Assembly: GCF_000143415.4 (NCBI RefSeq)
Contig: NW_003314266.1
Location: 1,448,463 to 1,512,462 of the forward strand
DNA from: Selaginella moellendorffii
Taxonomy: Eukaryota > Plantae > Lycopodiophyta
Direction of reading: 5' to 3'
DNA length: 64,000 bases
This document shows positions 37,837 through 50,526 of this stretch, piece by piece. The notes under the pieces are model-generated. The model worked only from the letters and a program-made list of their open reading frames with translations. It ran no database searches and was not told the DNA's origin. The translations under genes were made by a program, and so were the position numbers. Numbering within the stretch: the first letter of the stretch is position 1; every line of letters starts with the position of its first letter.

Positions 37837-37838
<2 letters not shown>

Positions 37839-38117
37839 CTTCTAATTTGCGAGCTAAGATTTCTATAGCTCCTTTCTCCTTTCCACCTGGTTCTCTTTCT
37901 TTCGTTTTTCCCATAATGCGGTTTACAGTTAGATTCTTGGCTCGCAATCAAGCAAAGAGCTACCGCGTCTGCAAGCTTGGATTCTAAAGCACGAATTTGA
38001 CGAAAAGAAAGCAAAGACAGAGAAGGAGATCTCCGTACCGTGACACTCCCCAGAGACGGATGATAGAGAACTCTACCAAAATTTTCTCGTGAACTGGGTG
38101 GACTTTGTGGATTGTCG

Positions 38118-39728
38118 TTAGGAAGAGTCGATAGGACTTGAAGAGAGTGTTGAAAGGTAGCTGCCAAGCAATCTTTGGTCCATGACCATGCTCGGGATCT
38201 AAAAGCAACGCGGAGAGGTTGATCAAAGCCTCAAAGTCGTCGATTCGGCAAAGAAAGAATCCGTACCTTATCTCCGAAGAAGATCTTTGAATTGTTGGTG
38301 ATGGACTCGATAAACTTGAGCTCCAGAAACTCCGGAGTTAACTTGAGCTTGTTAGCCTCAGCCTCCCTCAGCACCCTTTTGGAAGAGAAACAATAAAGAT
38401 CAGATCTTTTCACGCGCTCCAGATGAAAAGAAACTTGTACCTATAGAAGTTCGCATCAGCCAGGCTCTTCTCCCGGCCCAGGAAGATTTCGTTCTCGATC
38501 TCTTGCTGCCGTTTGGCACTCTCCTTCTCCATGACGCGCTGCTCCATCAGGATTTTACTGACGTGAGCATCCTTCTCGGCCTCGGTCACAGCTTGTTTCT
38601 TGTGAGTCTCGGCTTCTTTCTCCAGGACTTTTTGCCTCTCGACGGCAATCAGTACCTGGGAAACAGGGAGGTTTTAGTGTTTCGTGAAGCAAAAGTATTG
38701 TCCACGAAACGAAAAAAACGAACCTTAGTGCGTTCTTCTTCCATGCTCTCGTAGTTACGAGCAATTGTTGCCGGAATAGTTGGCTTCGTCACACGCACAC
38801 CGATAATCTCAATTCCTGGAGCATAGCGTGTGCAGTCTCGCTGGATCGCGTCCTTCATGATCTCGTCGATCTAAAGCCATGCGATCGTAAGACCAATGGC
38901 TTACATACTAAGAATGAACGAACCTGATCGAACTTATCAATGTACACTTCCTGGAGTGAATGCGCGCTGCAAAACTGGTTGATTTCATGGTGGATCTTGT
39001 CGTAGATCCACGTCTTGTCGTAGCTCACACCGTAGTTGAGAATAGTTTCATACACAAGCTCCTTCTTGAGACGATTCACCACCTAAAACCACACCAAAAC
39101 ACCTCACTGCCTCACTTCAAACGAGAGCTTTTACACACCTCAATCTTCTCGAAGTAGATCATCACTCCACCCTTCGTACCACAGGGAATGTCTTTCACCT
39201 GAGAGTCGTCGTAAGAAACACCAACTCATCAAAAGAAAAATTCCCCTAGACTCTTGCCTGATCGGTTTGTATAGTAACTTGGATAGGCTCGTACTGTGTG
39301 AGGATTGGGACCATCAGATGAAAACCTGGGAAAAGAAAGACACAAAGAAATAGCTAAGTTGCTACATCATATATGATGAGAACCTAGAGAAGAAATAGAA
39401 GAAAAAAAGAAAGGAGCAACAATTACCAGGCTCGGAGATAGTCTTGAGCAAAGCACCGCCTCTCCAGTAGACCCCAACATGACCTTCTGGAATCTGGTGG
39501 AGTACGCCGAAATTCGTCCCGGCCACAGTGATGGGGACCAAAACCTACAATCGATCGATCCATTTGAGTAAAATATGGACCTACAGAGCCCGCATTCTTG
39601 CATTGATCTACGCGAGCTGCCGCTCGATCGATCGATCTTACCAGTGCGAGCGCCAGCGGGAGGAGCTCCAGCGCCCTCAGGCCGCCCGCCCCCGGCCTCG
39701 GCGAAGGCGTCGTTCTCGTGGCGTCCAT
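38118..39728 (-). CDS. Erlin-like SPFH/band 7 protein, multi-exon, with one GC-AG intron
   Basis: [19 protein letters not shown]; QTDQ|[20 protein letters not shown]|VVNRL; [14 protein letters not shown]; [14 protein letters not shown]; [12 protein letters not shown]; last exon [12 protein letters not shown]...SS*. Confidence 0.92.
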
Positions 39729-40025
39729 GATCCAATGGATTGAATGGAAAAACCCTTGTCCCTTACACAAGAAACGTTTATACGGTCTTGTCACGTAGTG
39801 TTTCCACTCGAGAGAGAGAAAAGCCTTGTGTCCTCTCGAGCGCTTCTCCAAAGAACTTCACAAGAGAGGTGGAAAAAAAAATTTCTCCTCGCTACAAAGA
39901 GAGAACTTTCTCCATAGCCAAAATGTATTCTTTGACAAAATTGTATGCTTACAGATATAACATGCCTTGTGTATAAGGAACTTTAGACAAAAAGAAAAAA
40001 GAAAGAAAGAAAAACAACGGAGAAC

Positions 40026-41733
40026 CTATCGGCTGATATTGTTGAGTGCCAATTCCGACACTGGAAGTCCGCCATTACCTAAGCTTGAAGCTCCCGAAGA
40101 CTCGGACATATAGAGAGGAGCCAAGACGCTCGTCGCGAGCTCCGGAAGCTTGTTAAAGTTGTGCAGCTGCTGCTGCTGCTCCTGTGGGGGAGAAGTGATG
40201 ATCGACGCAATGGCAGCGGCCAAAGCGGCCGTAAATTTTGGATCCGACGTGATCGCCGCGCTCACGCTCTCGGCCAGATGATTGTTCGAATGACTCGAGC
40301 TCCTCTGTGGTTGCAACAAGTTGGAGCTCGAGTTCCCCGAGTTGTTCCCGTCGTGAAAGATCATCTCTTGCTCGCGGGGATCTTCCCGCTTGCTCTCGCC
40401 AGGAACCACAAACCTGGTAGCGGCAGGAAGAGGATTTGAAGCTCCGGGGTTTGTGGTGAGATCCAGAGTGACGGTCGGGAATGGCGTGGTGGCGGAGATG
40501 GTTGGCGCCCCGGTCAGCATCCCGGCCATGAAGCTAAGATCGGTGCTACTGGCGGTGGAGCCGGAGAGGAGCATGGTGGCGGCGGCGGAGGTGGTGGAAG
40601 CCATGCTCGTCGCCGCCGGTGGGAGCTGATGGTTGTGGGATCCCTCGTAAGTTGTGACGAGGACGCTGGTATCGTCGGCACACCTTTGGACTTGTTTTCT
40701 CACGGGGCATCCCGAGGCCATGGTGCAGCGGTAGTAAGCTCGCGGGCATGGGTTGCCTTTGGCCATCTTTTGGCCGTATTTTCTCCACTGGCAGCCATCG
40801 TTCATCTGTGGATATGGAGGAGTTAGAGAAGCTTTCAAGGAAATATTGAATTTTTTCTTCAAGCGAGAGTGTGCTTACTGTTGGAGCTTCGCATCGAGCA
40901 CGAACCGAGACACGGACTTTGTGCAGCATCGATTCCAGGTGCTCTGGTTGGTTCTGGAAAACGATTTTTCCCTGCGTGCCAAATTGTTGTTGCTGTTGCT
41001 GCTGCTGCTCGTTTGGTGGAGAGCTTGGATTGTCTAGTTTCTGCAAGAAAAACACATTTTAGACCAAATAAAATTACTTTTTTTCTTCTCCTAAAGAGAA
41101 AAGTTGCTATTTTTTTTATAAGGAAAGAAAGAAAAAAAAGTACCTGAGGAGATGGCGCTTTTTGTGATTGTTGCTGGATCAATGCCATGGTCTGCACCTG
41201 AAAGTTTTGGTACTCGGCTTTCACTTGATCCAGCACCGCCCGCAACCGCTCGTTCTCTTCTCTCATTCGTGTCATCTCAGCGTGAACTTCGACGAGCTGA
41301 AAGGAAAAAAAAAATGAAAAGTCAGATCAACAATGACTCAAAAGAAGAACTAAATCTTTCCACTTACTTGGTTCTTGAGCTCCTCGTTTCTGGGAGACAG
41401 TGGCGGCGAGTAGTCCTCCACCGTAGATTTATCGCTGGCCACGCGGCCCTCCAGTTTGAATTGCGGAGACCCTCTGGAGATCCTGGGGCTCTCGCACTCC
41501 TGCTCCTCGAAATCCTGCTTGATCAGCGCCGCCTTCCTCAGGAAAAACGGCGTCTCCCTCTTCAGATCCATCTCCTCGGCGCCCGCATCGTCCTCCTCGC
41601 TCAGCGCCAGCGACAAATCGATCGACTTGACACGGTCCCGCCGCCCGGCCATTCGCTTGCGAAACTTTGGCGACGGCGCGCCCGGGTCCTGCTCGTCAAT
41701 CCTCCTCCTCTTGAGATCCTCAGCTCTATCCAT
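40026..41733 (-). CDS. WRKY transcription factor, group IIb
   Basis: Leucine zipper [16 protein letters not shown]; [14 protein letters not shown]|[27 protein letters not shown]...HNH; [10 protein letters not shown]; [16 protein letters not shown]. The start codon is uncertain. Confidence 0.93.
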
Positions 41734-41922
41734 GAACAGCAAAGAGGAGACTTTCGCCTTCTCGATGATCACACACCCTTGGAAGAATTGCTGGGCTTTA
41801 TTCGCGGCGAGAAGTTCCAAGCCGATACGCTACGCAAGCGACCACACGTGGAATCCGTAGAGCAAATCTCTCGACTGGAAGAAGAACGGGGAGAGCGCTG
41901 GAAGCTTAGAAAGCGAAATGGA

Positions 41923-42206
41923 TTGACCGTGCCCTCTCTTCCACGCACGGGGTATTTCTAGAGAAACTTTCCACGATGCCCAAGGACGAGGATGGGGGAG
42001 ACGGTGACCACGCGTGACACGGTCAAAATAGGCAAAATTTCTCGCGAGGCGACCAACCAACCAACGTAGTTTCCCGGCGCCAAACACGCGGGAAGCTTCC
42101 GGCACTGGCAGACAGCCCTTGGATCCCGACCATCAACGGCCGGTCTTACGTGCACGTTTTCCAGAAGCTCCAAAAGACAGTACGGTTGACTGCCAGTCAA
42201 CAGTCA
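41923..42206. promoter_or_regulatory. W-box cluster, including a palindromic W-box pair, plus CGCG boxes upstream of the WRKY gene
   Basis: TTGACC at 41923, GGTCAA at 42021, perfect inverted pair GTTGACTG-C-CAGTCAAC at 42185-42201, extra AGTCA at 42202, CACGCGTG at 42009. Confidence 0.6.
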
Positions 42207-43059
42207 CTGTCGGGGTCGTCGATTGCGTCTTGGAAAAAAGAGGAGCGCCCGCAATTCGACCGACTTCTAGTCTTGCATGTCTTTCCTCTCTTTCTTCATT
42301 TTCTTCGTAGGTTTTGGTTGTTCTCATTGTTGCTTTAGGACATTAGTGTGGAAACGCGAGAACTGGATAGTATGGTCCTCGTACTGTAGGCTGTAGAAAA
42401 GCGAAGCCTTATACGTCCAAGGCTTCTACGGTGTGTATGTGCAAATCTTTCCACCTAGCATTGAAACCTGGGACCGGGTGTTTGGATCGCACTTTCTTTG
42501 GTTGAAGTTTTGGATTTTTCCTCGTTGCCGTGTCATTTAGTCTCTTGCGTCCATCCATCCAGACGCACCATAGAGAAGCAGCCACGAAGCCACCGACGAA
42601 GAGCCCCAGTTTCACGAGTCTTGTGGAGGTTAAAGAAAATATCAACGCATGCCGACAAGTGGTCTATTTCTTCCTGTCGTTTTGGTTGCGCAGTCCAGTC
42701 TTGGGCGGTAAAAGCTTAGAAAATCTTAGAAAGTGGTGGATCGAAAGTAAACAGCAAATCACTAAAAGCATAGAGATTTCCAGAGGGACAAGAAATTCTA
42801 GTAAGACTCATGGTTTGTGAGCCAAAGGTATTTCTCGAGGTAAAGTTGATGTATCAAGAATCTTTCGAGAAACTGCACCCTAGAATTCTGTTTGTGGTCA
42901 TGGTTTTAACCCAACGTATAAACCGAGAGATCTCGGTTTGCCTTACTGAGAGCTAAGTTGGCCAGAGTTGGCATAAACCCTCTCAACTTCTGTGAAGAAT
43001 TCAAGCAATGCTAGCTCTCAATTTCGAGCTGGGATTTACGCTTAATTCTATGTTAAGGC

Positions 43060-44047
43060 TTTGCAGACAGGCTGGGTAGCAGCACATAGCGATACTCAAT
43101 ATCCTCGCTCCATGCAGCAGCAAGTATACCACTTGGACAGAGCAAAGTCGTATGCAACAGGAGGCCACACCCCATGGCTTTCCTTCCTGTGGAAGGCCGA
43201 GATGAAGGCGGTGTCCCCGACCAGCCTCACTTTGAGATCCTTGTACCGAACTGACAAATCACAATCGGGTCCAAACAGGTCGTGGGACACCAACACCCGA
43301 CGAGTTTGATGAGCTTGACGTGCTGAAGAACGGGCTTTGGTGCCAAGAACATGAATCTGATTCATACTGCAGCGAGAATATTTTATCATCGTCGTCATGG
43401 ATCTTCTGGTACAGTATCGCAAGTTGGTAAGAGTTGCTGACAGCATCTGTTTCCATGCCGATGTCCAGATAGGCTGGCTGTAGACGATCCAGCGCTGGCT
43501 GTAGGCGATCCGCCGGGTCAAGTGGAGCAGGAGGAAGTGTCTTCCACACGTTGGTGATTGGATTCCCCACAGCAAAAGTCATCCAATCTGTGTGTTCCAT
43601 GAGCATCCCACAGACAAGTCCGTTGGAAGAACACAAGCCCACGAAGCGCGAACCCGATGGGCCTAATGGAAGACTGCTATGCGGACGCCATAGCTCGGTG
43701 TGGTTCTCTAGCCTCATGCCATAGTCAAAATGCTCCTCATCGTAACGAAGCTCCCTACAGACACTTGCTTCAATGGTCACGCTGAGAAGAAGTAAAGAAA
43801 CACTTACATGTCAAAGGGAAGACCCGTGCGCACCCTGAGCACGGCCCAGGGTTCCAGCGGTGGCTTGTACAGCTGCACAAAACGAGGAGAGAGCACAGCG
43901 TCATACCAGGACTTGCACACGGCCCGCAATGTGAACAAGTCTGGAAAATCCGAAAAGTTGGATGTGGAGGACAAGCGATGACTCCGTGACGCACTCGAAA
44001 ATGCCGCAGCGGCCCTCATCCCGATCAAATGCGCCCCACTTCCCCAT
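43060..44047 (-). pseudogene. F-box protein with kelch/FBA-like repeats, frameshifted
   Basis: PDLFTLRAVCKSWYDAVLSPRF (F-box), CSSNGLVCG, FAVGNPITNVWKTLPPAP, YESDSCSW. Frame changes occur in the F-box and near 43320. Confidence 0.75.
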
Positions 44048-44279
44048 TTTTCTGTTGTTTAGGGCTTTGACTTTCTTTTGACTAGCATACTCCAGATGTC
44101 AAAATTATAGTTTTTTATCTAGTATTTTTTATCCTTTAAGCCAAAAAATGCTTTGTCATGTTCCATAGCAAAGACAAGGAAGCTTTTCCAGCGAAAAATC
44201 CACCACTTTTTTTTTTTTGTTTTTTGTTTTTTGGTTTTCTTATTACGAAATTTTATCCACTTTAATATCCTATTTTGTT

Positions 44280-45158
44280 ATGAGGGTTTCTTTCTTGAGG
44301 ATTCCTATTCTTTTACTAATACTTCTTAAAGTAACAAATCTGACTATTCAAGCAGATGTAAATTGGGATGCTCTTTCACTTTATGATTTTATTAGTAAAG
44401 GAGACATTAATGATATTGGAAATTTTTTAGTCAAAATGATGGATACAAAAATAGTGGACACATATAAATACTATGGTGCGCATACTTGGACTGATTATCT
44501 CCCTTTGTCTGATAAAGTTATTGAAGTTACTATCTGGATCTATAGTAAAAGGCCTAATGGCATGTGTAGTATGTCTATAAGAGGAACAGGGGCATCAGGA
44601 AAAGAAATCATTAGCCAACTTAGTGAGCTTTTATTTGATATTTTACAAGAGGCTCGAGTGGGAAACTATGGTCTTATAGTTGCTACTTTAAATTATGTTG
44701 GTATCAAATATAAATTACTAAATGCTAGAAAATACAATTCTAAGAAAATCAATAGGCTGAATAATACTTATACAAATGCAATTTTTAATTGTTGGATTTA
44801 CAGATCTGCTCTTATGAGTGGTGAAAAACACGATTTTGGATCTTATTTACTCAATTCAAATTCTCTAATTTCTCCAAATGGAGAGTATGAATTAAGTCTA
44901 AATAAAGATTGTAATTTAGTGTTAACTTGGAAAAGGGTGTATATTTTATGGGAAAGTGGGACTACAAATAAAGGTACTGGCTGTTGGTTAGTTTTAGAGA
45001 TTAGAAATCTAGTAATAAAAGATTTTAAGGATATGGAGATATGGTTTATAAATAGTAATTGTCCAACATGTAAATCAACAACACTTTCTGTAGAAGATGA
45101 TGGATTTGTCTATATTATTAGTTCAAATGATAATAAAATATTAAAACATTTTCCTTAA
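44280..45158 (+). CDS. Secreted protein (292 aa): signal peptide + unknown ~130-aa N-domain + C-terminal bulb-type lectin fold; intronless and AT-rich
   Basis: Uninterrupted ORF. Signal-like MRVSFLRIPILLLILLKVTNLTIQA. C-terminal LISPNGEYELSLNKDCNLVL...LWESGT...GCWLVLEIRNLVI...IW...LSVEDDGFVYI follows the B-lectin pattern. Confidence 0.8.
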   Translation: MRVSFLRIPILLLILLKVTNLTIQADVNWDALSLYDFISKGDINDIGNFLVKMMDTKIVDTYKYYGAHTWTDYLPLSDKVIEVTIWIYSKRPNGMCSMSIRGTGASGKEIISQLSELLFDILQEARVGNYGLIVATLNYVGIKYKLLNARKYNSKKINRLNNTYTNAIFNCWIYRSALMSGEKHDFGSYLLNSNSLISPNGEYELSLNKDCNLVLTWKRVYILWESGTTNKGTGCWLVLEIRNLVIKDFKDMEIWFINSNCPTCKSTTLSVEDDGFVYIISSNDNKILKHFP

Positions 45159-45249
45159 CAACTTCTTTGTTTAAAATTCTATCAACTTAAGGCGGTATAT
45201 TACGGTGCTTGTAAAAACTAATCAAGGTAGGGTGGGTATACTTGCTGCA

Positions 45250-45575
45250 TGGATCAACTATGTGCTGCGTCACAATTGAGTTCTTTAAATTTGTGTCAAT
45301 TGAACAGGAACGATGCCCAATAGCATTTCCCCTTGTACATGAAGGCACCGATGTATCCAAAATATCAGTTTGTCCACCTCTTCTTGTTAGTTGCGTGCTG
45401 GTGGTGAGATAACCACATGAAACCAGTTCTTGTTCTCCCCAGTGTAGAAGAAAGCACAGCCTCGTTGAGGTGATCCCAATGATTTTGACGCTGAAGAACA
45501 GGCCTTGGTGCCAAGAACATGAATCTGTTCATACTGCAACTTGGTAAAAACTACTTTTCCATACTGATGTTGAGA
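45250..45575 (-). pseudogene. Fragment of an F-box paralogue
   Basis: 45485-45550 (ttgacgctgaagaac...ttggtgccaagaacatgaatctg...tcatactgca) matches ~43315-43370 of the F-box pseudogene. Confidence 0.65.
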
Positions 45576-45599
45576 GCAACTTCAGAGAACTTAGCTCTG

Positions 45600-47100
45600 C
45601 ACAAGGAAGTCGAGTCAGAGTTGGAGATAGAAAGATCTTAGAGGTTTATGGAAAAGGAGATGTAGAAGTTCCAGTCGGAAATAGCAGTGTTTTCAATCTG
45701 TCAAATGCTAGAATCTGATATCAAGGTGTAGATCTTCACTTTATGAAAAATGGGTGTCCCTTCTTTGATCGTTTTAAAGAGGCCAAAGGACATTGTCTTT
45801 TCATTGGTGTGCACATTTGCAAAACATCCACTCATCAATTGCATGGTAAAGGAAAACTTGGTATATAGAATTTAAATCCACACAAAAAGACCTCCAAGAT
45901 TTGACATGGCTGTCAATTAGGAAAAAAAGAAGGTTTCCTTTGTCCACCTCAACTACGAAGTGATAGATGCCTTGAGTTTTTTTATACAGATCTTTGTGGC
46001 TGAATGAGAACACAATCTCAAACTGGAAAGAGATACTTCATCATATTCATGATGTGAACTATACTTCCTCCACAAGAAATCACAAGCACTCAAAGCTTTC
46101 AAGGATTCTCTTTTGTCAGTTGAAGTGCATAACAATTGAAGTGTGTTTATTCAAATTTAAGAATTTGAAGTGTTCTGCAAATCTCAAAGAGTTGTTCATC
46201 AGAGAACTTGTGCGAATATAGTGCAACAAAATGGCATTGTAGAGAGGAAGAATAGGTTAATCATGAACATGGTCAAATGCTTTTTGAGAGACATCTGGAC
46301 TTCAGAGATCATTTTGGTCAGAAGCTGCTGTTCAAGTGCAAAATCTCTTCCCACATTCATCTTGTAGAGCAGTACTAGAACAATTACTCTGACTTAGAAA
46401 GAAGCAGAATGTTCAACACCTTAGGAGGTTTAAAGTGCTGGTATTTCTACACAACAACTTGGTTAAATTGGCAAGTTTGATCCTAGAAGCATAAAAATGT
46501 TCCTTCTAGGATATGAACCAAACACTAAGGGGTATAGTCTGCACACAAGAAAAATTGTGATTTCTACGTTGGATGAGGACACACTTTACAAAGATGTGAA
46601 ATGATGAACAAAGAATTGGGAGTTGGAGTAGTGGATCTTGGAACTAGATGAAGAAAATGAGCCCTTGGAATCGAATCAATGACAGTAAAGCATGCAAGGA
46701 CAGGACAAAAGAGAATAGGTTCAACCAGATCCTATCCCAAGTTTTCTGGGGGCTCGAAATCTCGGATCAAAAGTGGAAAGGCTAACAAGAAATCTACAAT
46801 GTGACACAAAGGAGTATGGATGCCATTTGCATCTAGCACATGCTTGAAACCAATTGTTTTGGGTCCTAAAACCTTAAGCTTAAATGTACCATTTTGTGCA
46901 TGCGAAGCCATTTCCTCCTGCATAGCAGTGAGCCATTTCTCAACTTCCTACCCATGCATGGCTTCCTCATCGTGTATAGTAACTTTTGCATGTTTTGGTT
47001 TCTTGAGCTATGTTATATGTCCAAATTGATCTAGCAGGTATGTATATTCTCAGGTAGCAGGGGTTGATGTTCTCACTGATAGTGAAGGAAACTAGCATCT
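45600..47100. mobile_element. Two decayed Copia fragments in opposite orientations
   Basis: Plus strand integrase QQNGIVERKNRLIMNMVKC and KFDPRSIKMSLLGYEPNTKGY. Minus strand RT start (AMQEEMASHAQNGTFKL) at ~46780-47000. Confidence 0.7.
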
Positions 47101-47900
47101 AAAAGAAATTTAGTGAAGGAAACTAGCATTTTGTATCCTTGTTAGATTTATATATTGTTTCTTGAGTGGGAGTTCTCATTCTTGAAATTTAGAAGTGTAT
47201 GTAATTATTTTTTTATTAATTTATTTCTTAGATTTGAAAATTTTACTTTTAATGCTAAAAAAATATTAACATGATTTTCAAATTTATTTCTTTGTTCAAC
47301 TTTATCTTCACTTAATATAATTTTTAAAATGTTAAATTTTTCTGATACTTTTAAAATATAAACATCCTTTTTTCTCTTCGAGTGCTAATCTTGTTTGATA
47401 CTTTTGAAATATAAACATCCTCTCTTATTTTCAAGTGCACTAATTTTGTTATTTTGGGTTAGTTGATCATACCTTCTATATATGCCCATTGCTTACAAGA
47501 TTATTTTATAGCTATGGCACTTTACCTTAGCTAAATCTTATGCTATGTAAATTTCATTTTTGGTTGATTGTTTAGGTTTATTTTTCCCTCATTTTGTTTT
47601 AATGCTATTTAGTTTGACAAATTAAATTATGCTTCACCCCCAACTATGCTTCTCATTACTTTTGATTTTTCTAAGCTAATTAAATTCCTTTGGTTATAAC
47701 ATAGAAAGAATTTTTTTTTTGACAAATTTATTCTATCTCTTCAAAAATTTATTTGTTATCACTATAACATCATTGAACACAACTTTAAAAATTTAAGTAA
47801 TTTCAAATAAAATAAATTAATCAATTTGAAATGACATCATACTAATAACATCATACACTAAATCAACAAAAAAGTTTTAAACTCAATGGCCATCAAATAT

Positions 47901-50435
47901 TTAAAGAAGTCGAGAGCCAAGAACTCTGTATACCACCGACGCTGTCATCTTTCTCACACCACAAACACTCCTCAATTTCGCGAGCAAATCCTCCTCTTGC
48001 TCCTCATCCGAATCATACCCCCGGAGTCTCTCCATGAAGTCGAGAGCCTGCTGCGAATCCAAAGCCAGTAGCTTCGCCGCATCGCTCACTGCTGAGAAGA
48101 AACTCGCCGGGCGAGCGCAGTAAGGCCGGAAGATGAGAAACAAGGCTTTCACGTCCGCTCCAAACTGTCGGGCACCCTGCTCCGAGAATCGAGCACCGCC
48201 GAGAACCAGTCCCAGGAAGAGCAGCTGATCGAGACTCGGGATCAACCGCTGCCACAGCTCCACAAAGTTGGCCTGATCGAGGCTGTTCTTAAGAGAGCTA
48301 AGCTGGCTCTGGAGTGCTGCCAGTGCGTCCACCAAGCTTCCAGACGGTGCATCTTCGAAGCTTGGAGCCCACTCTTCGGACCATCTCTTCTTGTTGCGGA
48401 AGTACTCGCGGCAGCGAGCGTCGAATCCTCTCGACACCACCGAGACCAGCTTCCCGCTCCAGCTGCTTCGGAATCTCGACAGCTTCTCCAACTGCGAGTC
48501 GAAAACCGAGCCTTGAATCTGCGCGAGCTGCTCCTCGGCCGCTGGAGAAAAACCTGGCAAGTTCTCCTGGAGCTCCGCGAGCCTGAGTTCCAGAAAGAAG
48601 AAATCCTCGCACCAGTCCCTGACCGTGTTCTCGCAGTAGCGAGCTGCGTTGAGGCAGACACCGACTTTGATCATCGAAGGCTCATCGGCGAGAGCCGTCA
48701 CTGCCTCACTCTCCTGGCATCTCTGCAAGAGCTCGTCGATAAACTCGTCCAAAACCGGCAGTGCCGTTTTCCTCACGAACTGTAGCCGCTGGCTGGCCTC
48801 GGGCAAAGTCCTGCATCGATCAACCAAGTTCCAAGCCGCGCTAGTGAGCCGATAAGCTGCTAGCGGGGGCTTAAACTCGGTAGAGCCCGAGATCGAGCTC
48901 GCGGAGTTTATCTTCCAAGCCGCTTCGTTCCCATACTCCACCGCCATCTTTCTTCTCGCGTCACCTAGCTCGAGCCTAGTCCAAACTTCCAACCAGTCTC
49001 CACGGTCCGAGAACACGGCAATGCAAGCCCGACGGACCCCAAAAACACTGCTCGAGAGTTGCTCGTCACCGCTGCTCATTCCGATCCCTTTCTCAACCAA
49101 AGCTTGCATTTTGGAGTCGAAGGACAGCGTCTGATCGACTGTGTGTAGCCAAACCGTGGAGGCCTGATCGGACAGAGCATCCTCCAAGTCTTCCATGAGA
49201 GTCGGCAAAGCCCATCGTCGTAAGTGCTCCGCCACCATAGCCACCAGGGATGATATCCACTCTTCTCTCGCACTGTATCCCAGGAACTCTTCGTCCAACA
49301 TCGGCTGGAGAAGAGCGTCCACTACCGCTACGTGCTGCTGTGTGATCCTGTAAGCTAGAGCGAAGACGAACTCTGGCTTGTGGAGCCACTTCTTGAAGTG
49401 GACCTCGGCATTCGCTGCTATCGGATGCACCAGCTCTTCGATCGACCACAGCGCCTCGCGAGGAGCTGGAGTCTTGTCTCTATATCCCCGAAACTCACGA
49501 CGCCTCCGCTGGATTTGCCCGGCCTGGAACCTCGAGAGCGAGACAAAGCTCTCGCGGAACTTTCTCTTGGCGTCGCCTTGGAGCTGGAGCAGCGGGTGTG
49601 ATTGGGCTTGCTGATCATCCCTGTCGCCGGAGATGGAGAGTGGAGGCGGCCAGCCTATGGAAATGACGATGGAACGATAGTCCGAGATTACCACTGGCCG
49701 GAGAGCTGCTGCTGCTCGATCCACACGGACGTCCACAGCGGAGATGAGACGATCCCATTGCGGCTGGCACTCGACGATCTCGCCCATCAACTTCTCGATC
49801 GCGGCCAGGGAATTCACAGCCGAGATCACGAACTGTCCAGCCTGAAAGGAAAGAGTAGAGGAGTTTTAGCCAGCGATCGCGAAAGAACTCGTAAACAAAG
49901 ATCGCTACTCGCTAAGAAATCTTATGTGAAACTAGAGAGAGCTACAGTGCTATCCAGCATTGGCAAAAGAACTATATGATCCAGGGAAGAATTCGCGTAC
50001 CTGAGAAGAGGGAGATCCAGCAGCTCCTCGGCTGACAACCGGCGTGGAGGACGCCGCCGCGAACACTCCATCCTCCAAATCCCCGACGAGCCTCTCGAGC
50101 TGGAGCACTGCATCGACATAAGCCCTAACTTGGGCGACGCGCGACACTTCCTCCGCCAGATCGCTCAGCTCCCGCAAGAGCTCCGGCTCCGCCTCTGGCG
50201 GCGACGGCGACGACGATCGCTCCTCGCAGAATCCACACAGCGCCTCGAGAGACACCGCGATGGCGTGCATTTGGGCCGATCCATCGGCCGCTGCCTGGCG
50301 CGCCCGCGATCGCGCGTCCTGGAGCTTGAACTCGAGCTGGCCGCATTCCGATTCCAGATCCTGCTGCAAGGTGTGGAGGTTTGCGAGATCATTGGCACCG
50401 TGGAAGTAGGAATCCAGGAGCTGGGATACTTCCAT
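47901..50435 (-). CDS. MAG2: RINT1/TIP20 family protein (MAIGO2-like), 2 exons (50435-50001, 49841-47901)
   Basis: LAEEVSRVAQVRAYVDAVLQLERLVGDLED; YRSIVISIGWPPPL; LWSIEELVHPI...HFKKWLHKPEFVFAL; SAREEWIS; FSEQGARQFGADV...FRPYCARPASFF. In-frame GT-AG intron at 49842-50000. Confidence 0.93.
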
Positions 50436-50526
50436 TTGGGAAGAACCCTAGAACCCTTTATTTCTAGGGCTCTTATTCTCCTCCGTCTTCTCGCCGGAGC
50501 CAAGAGGTATGTCGCTATCAGCTCCT

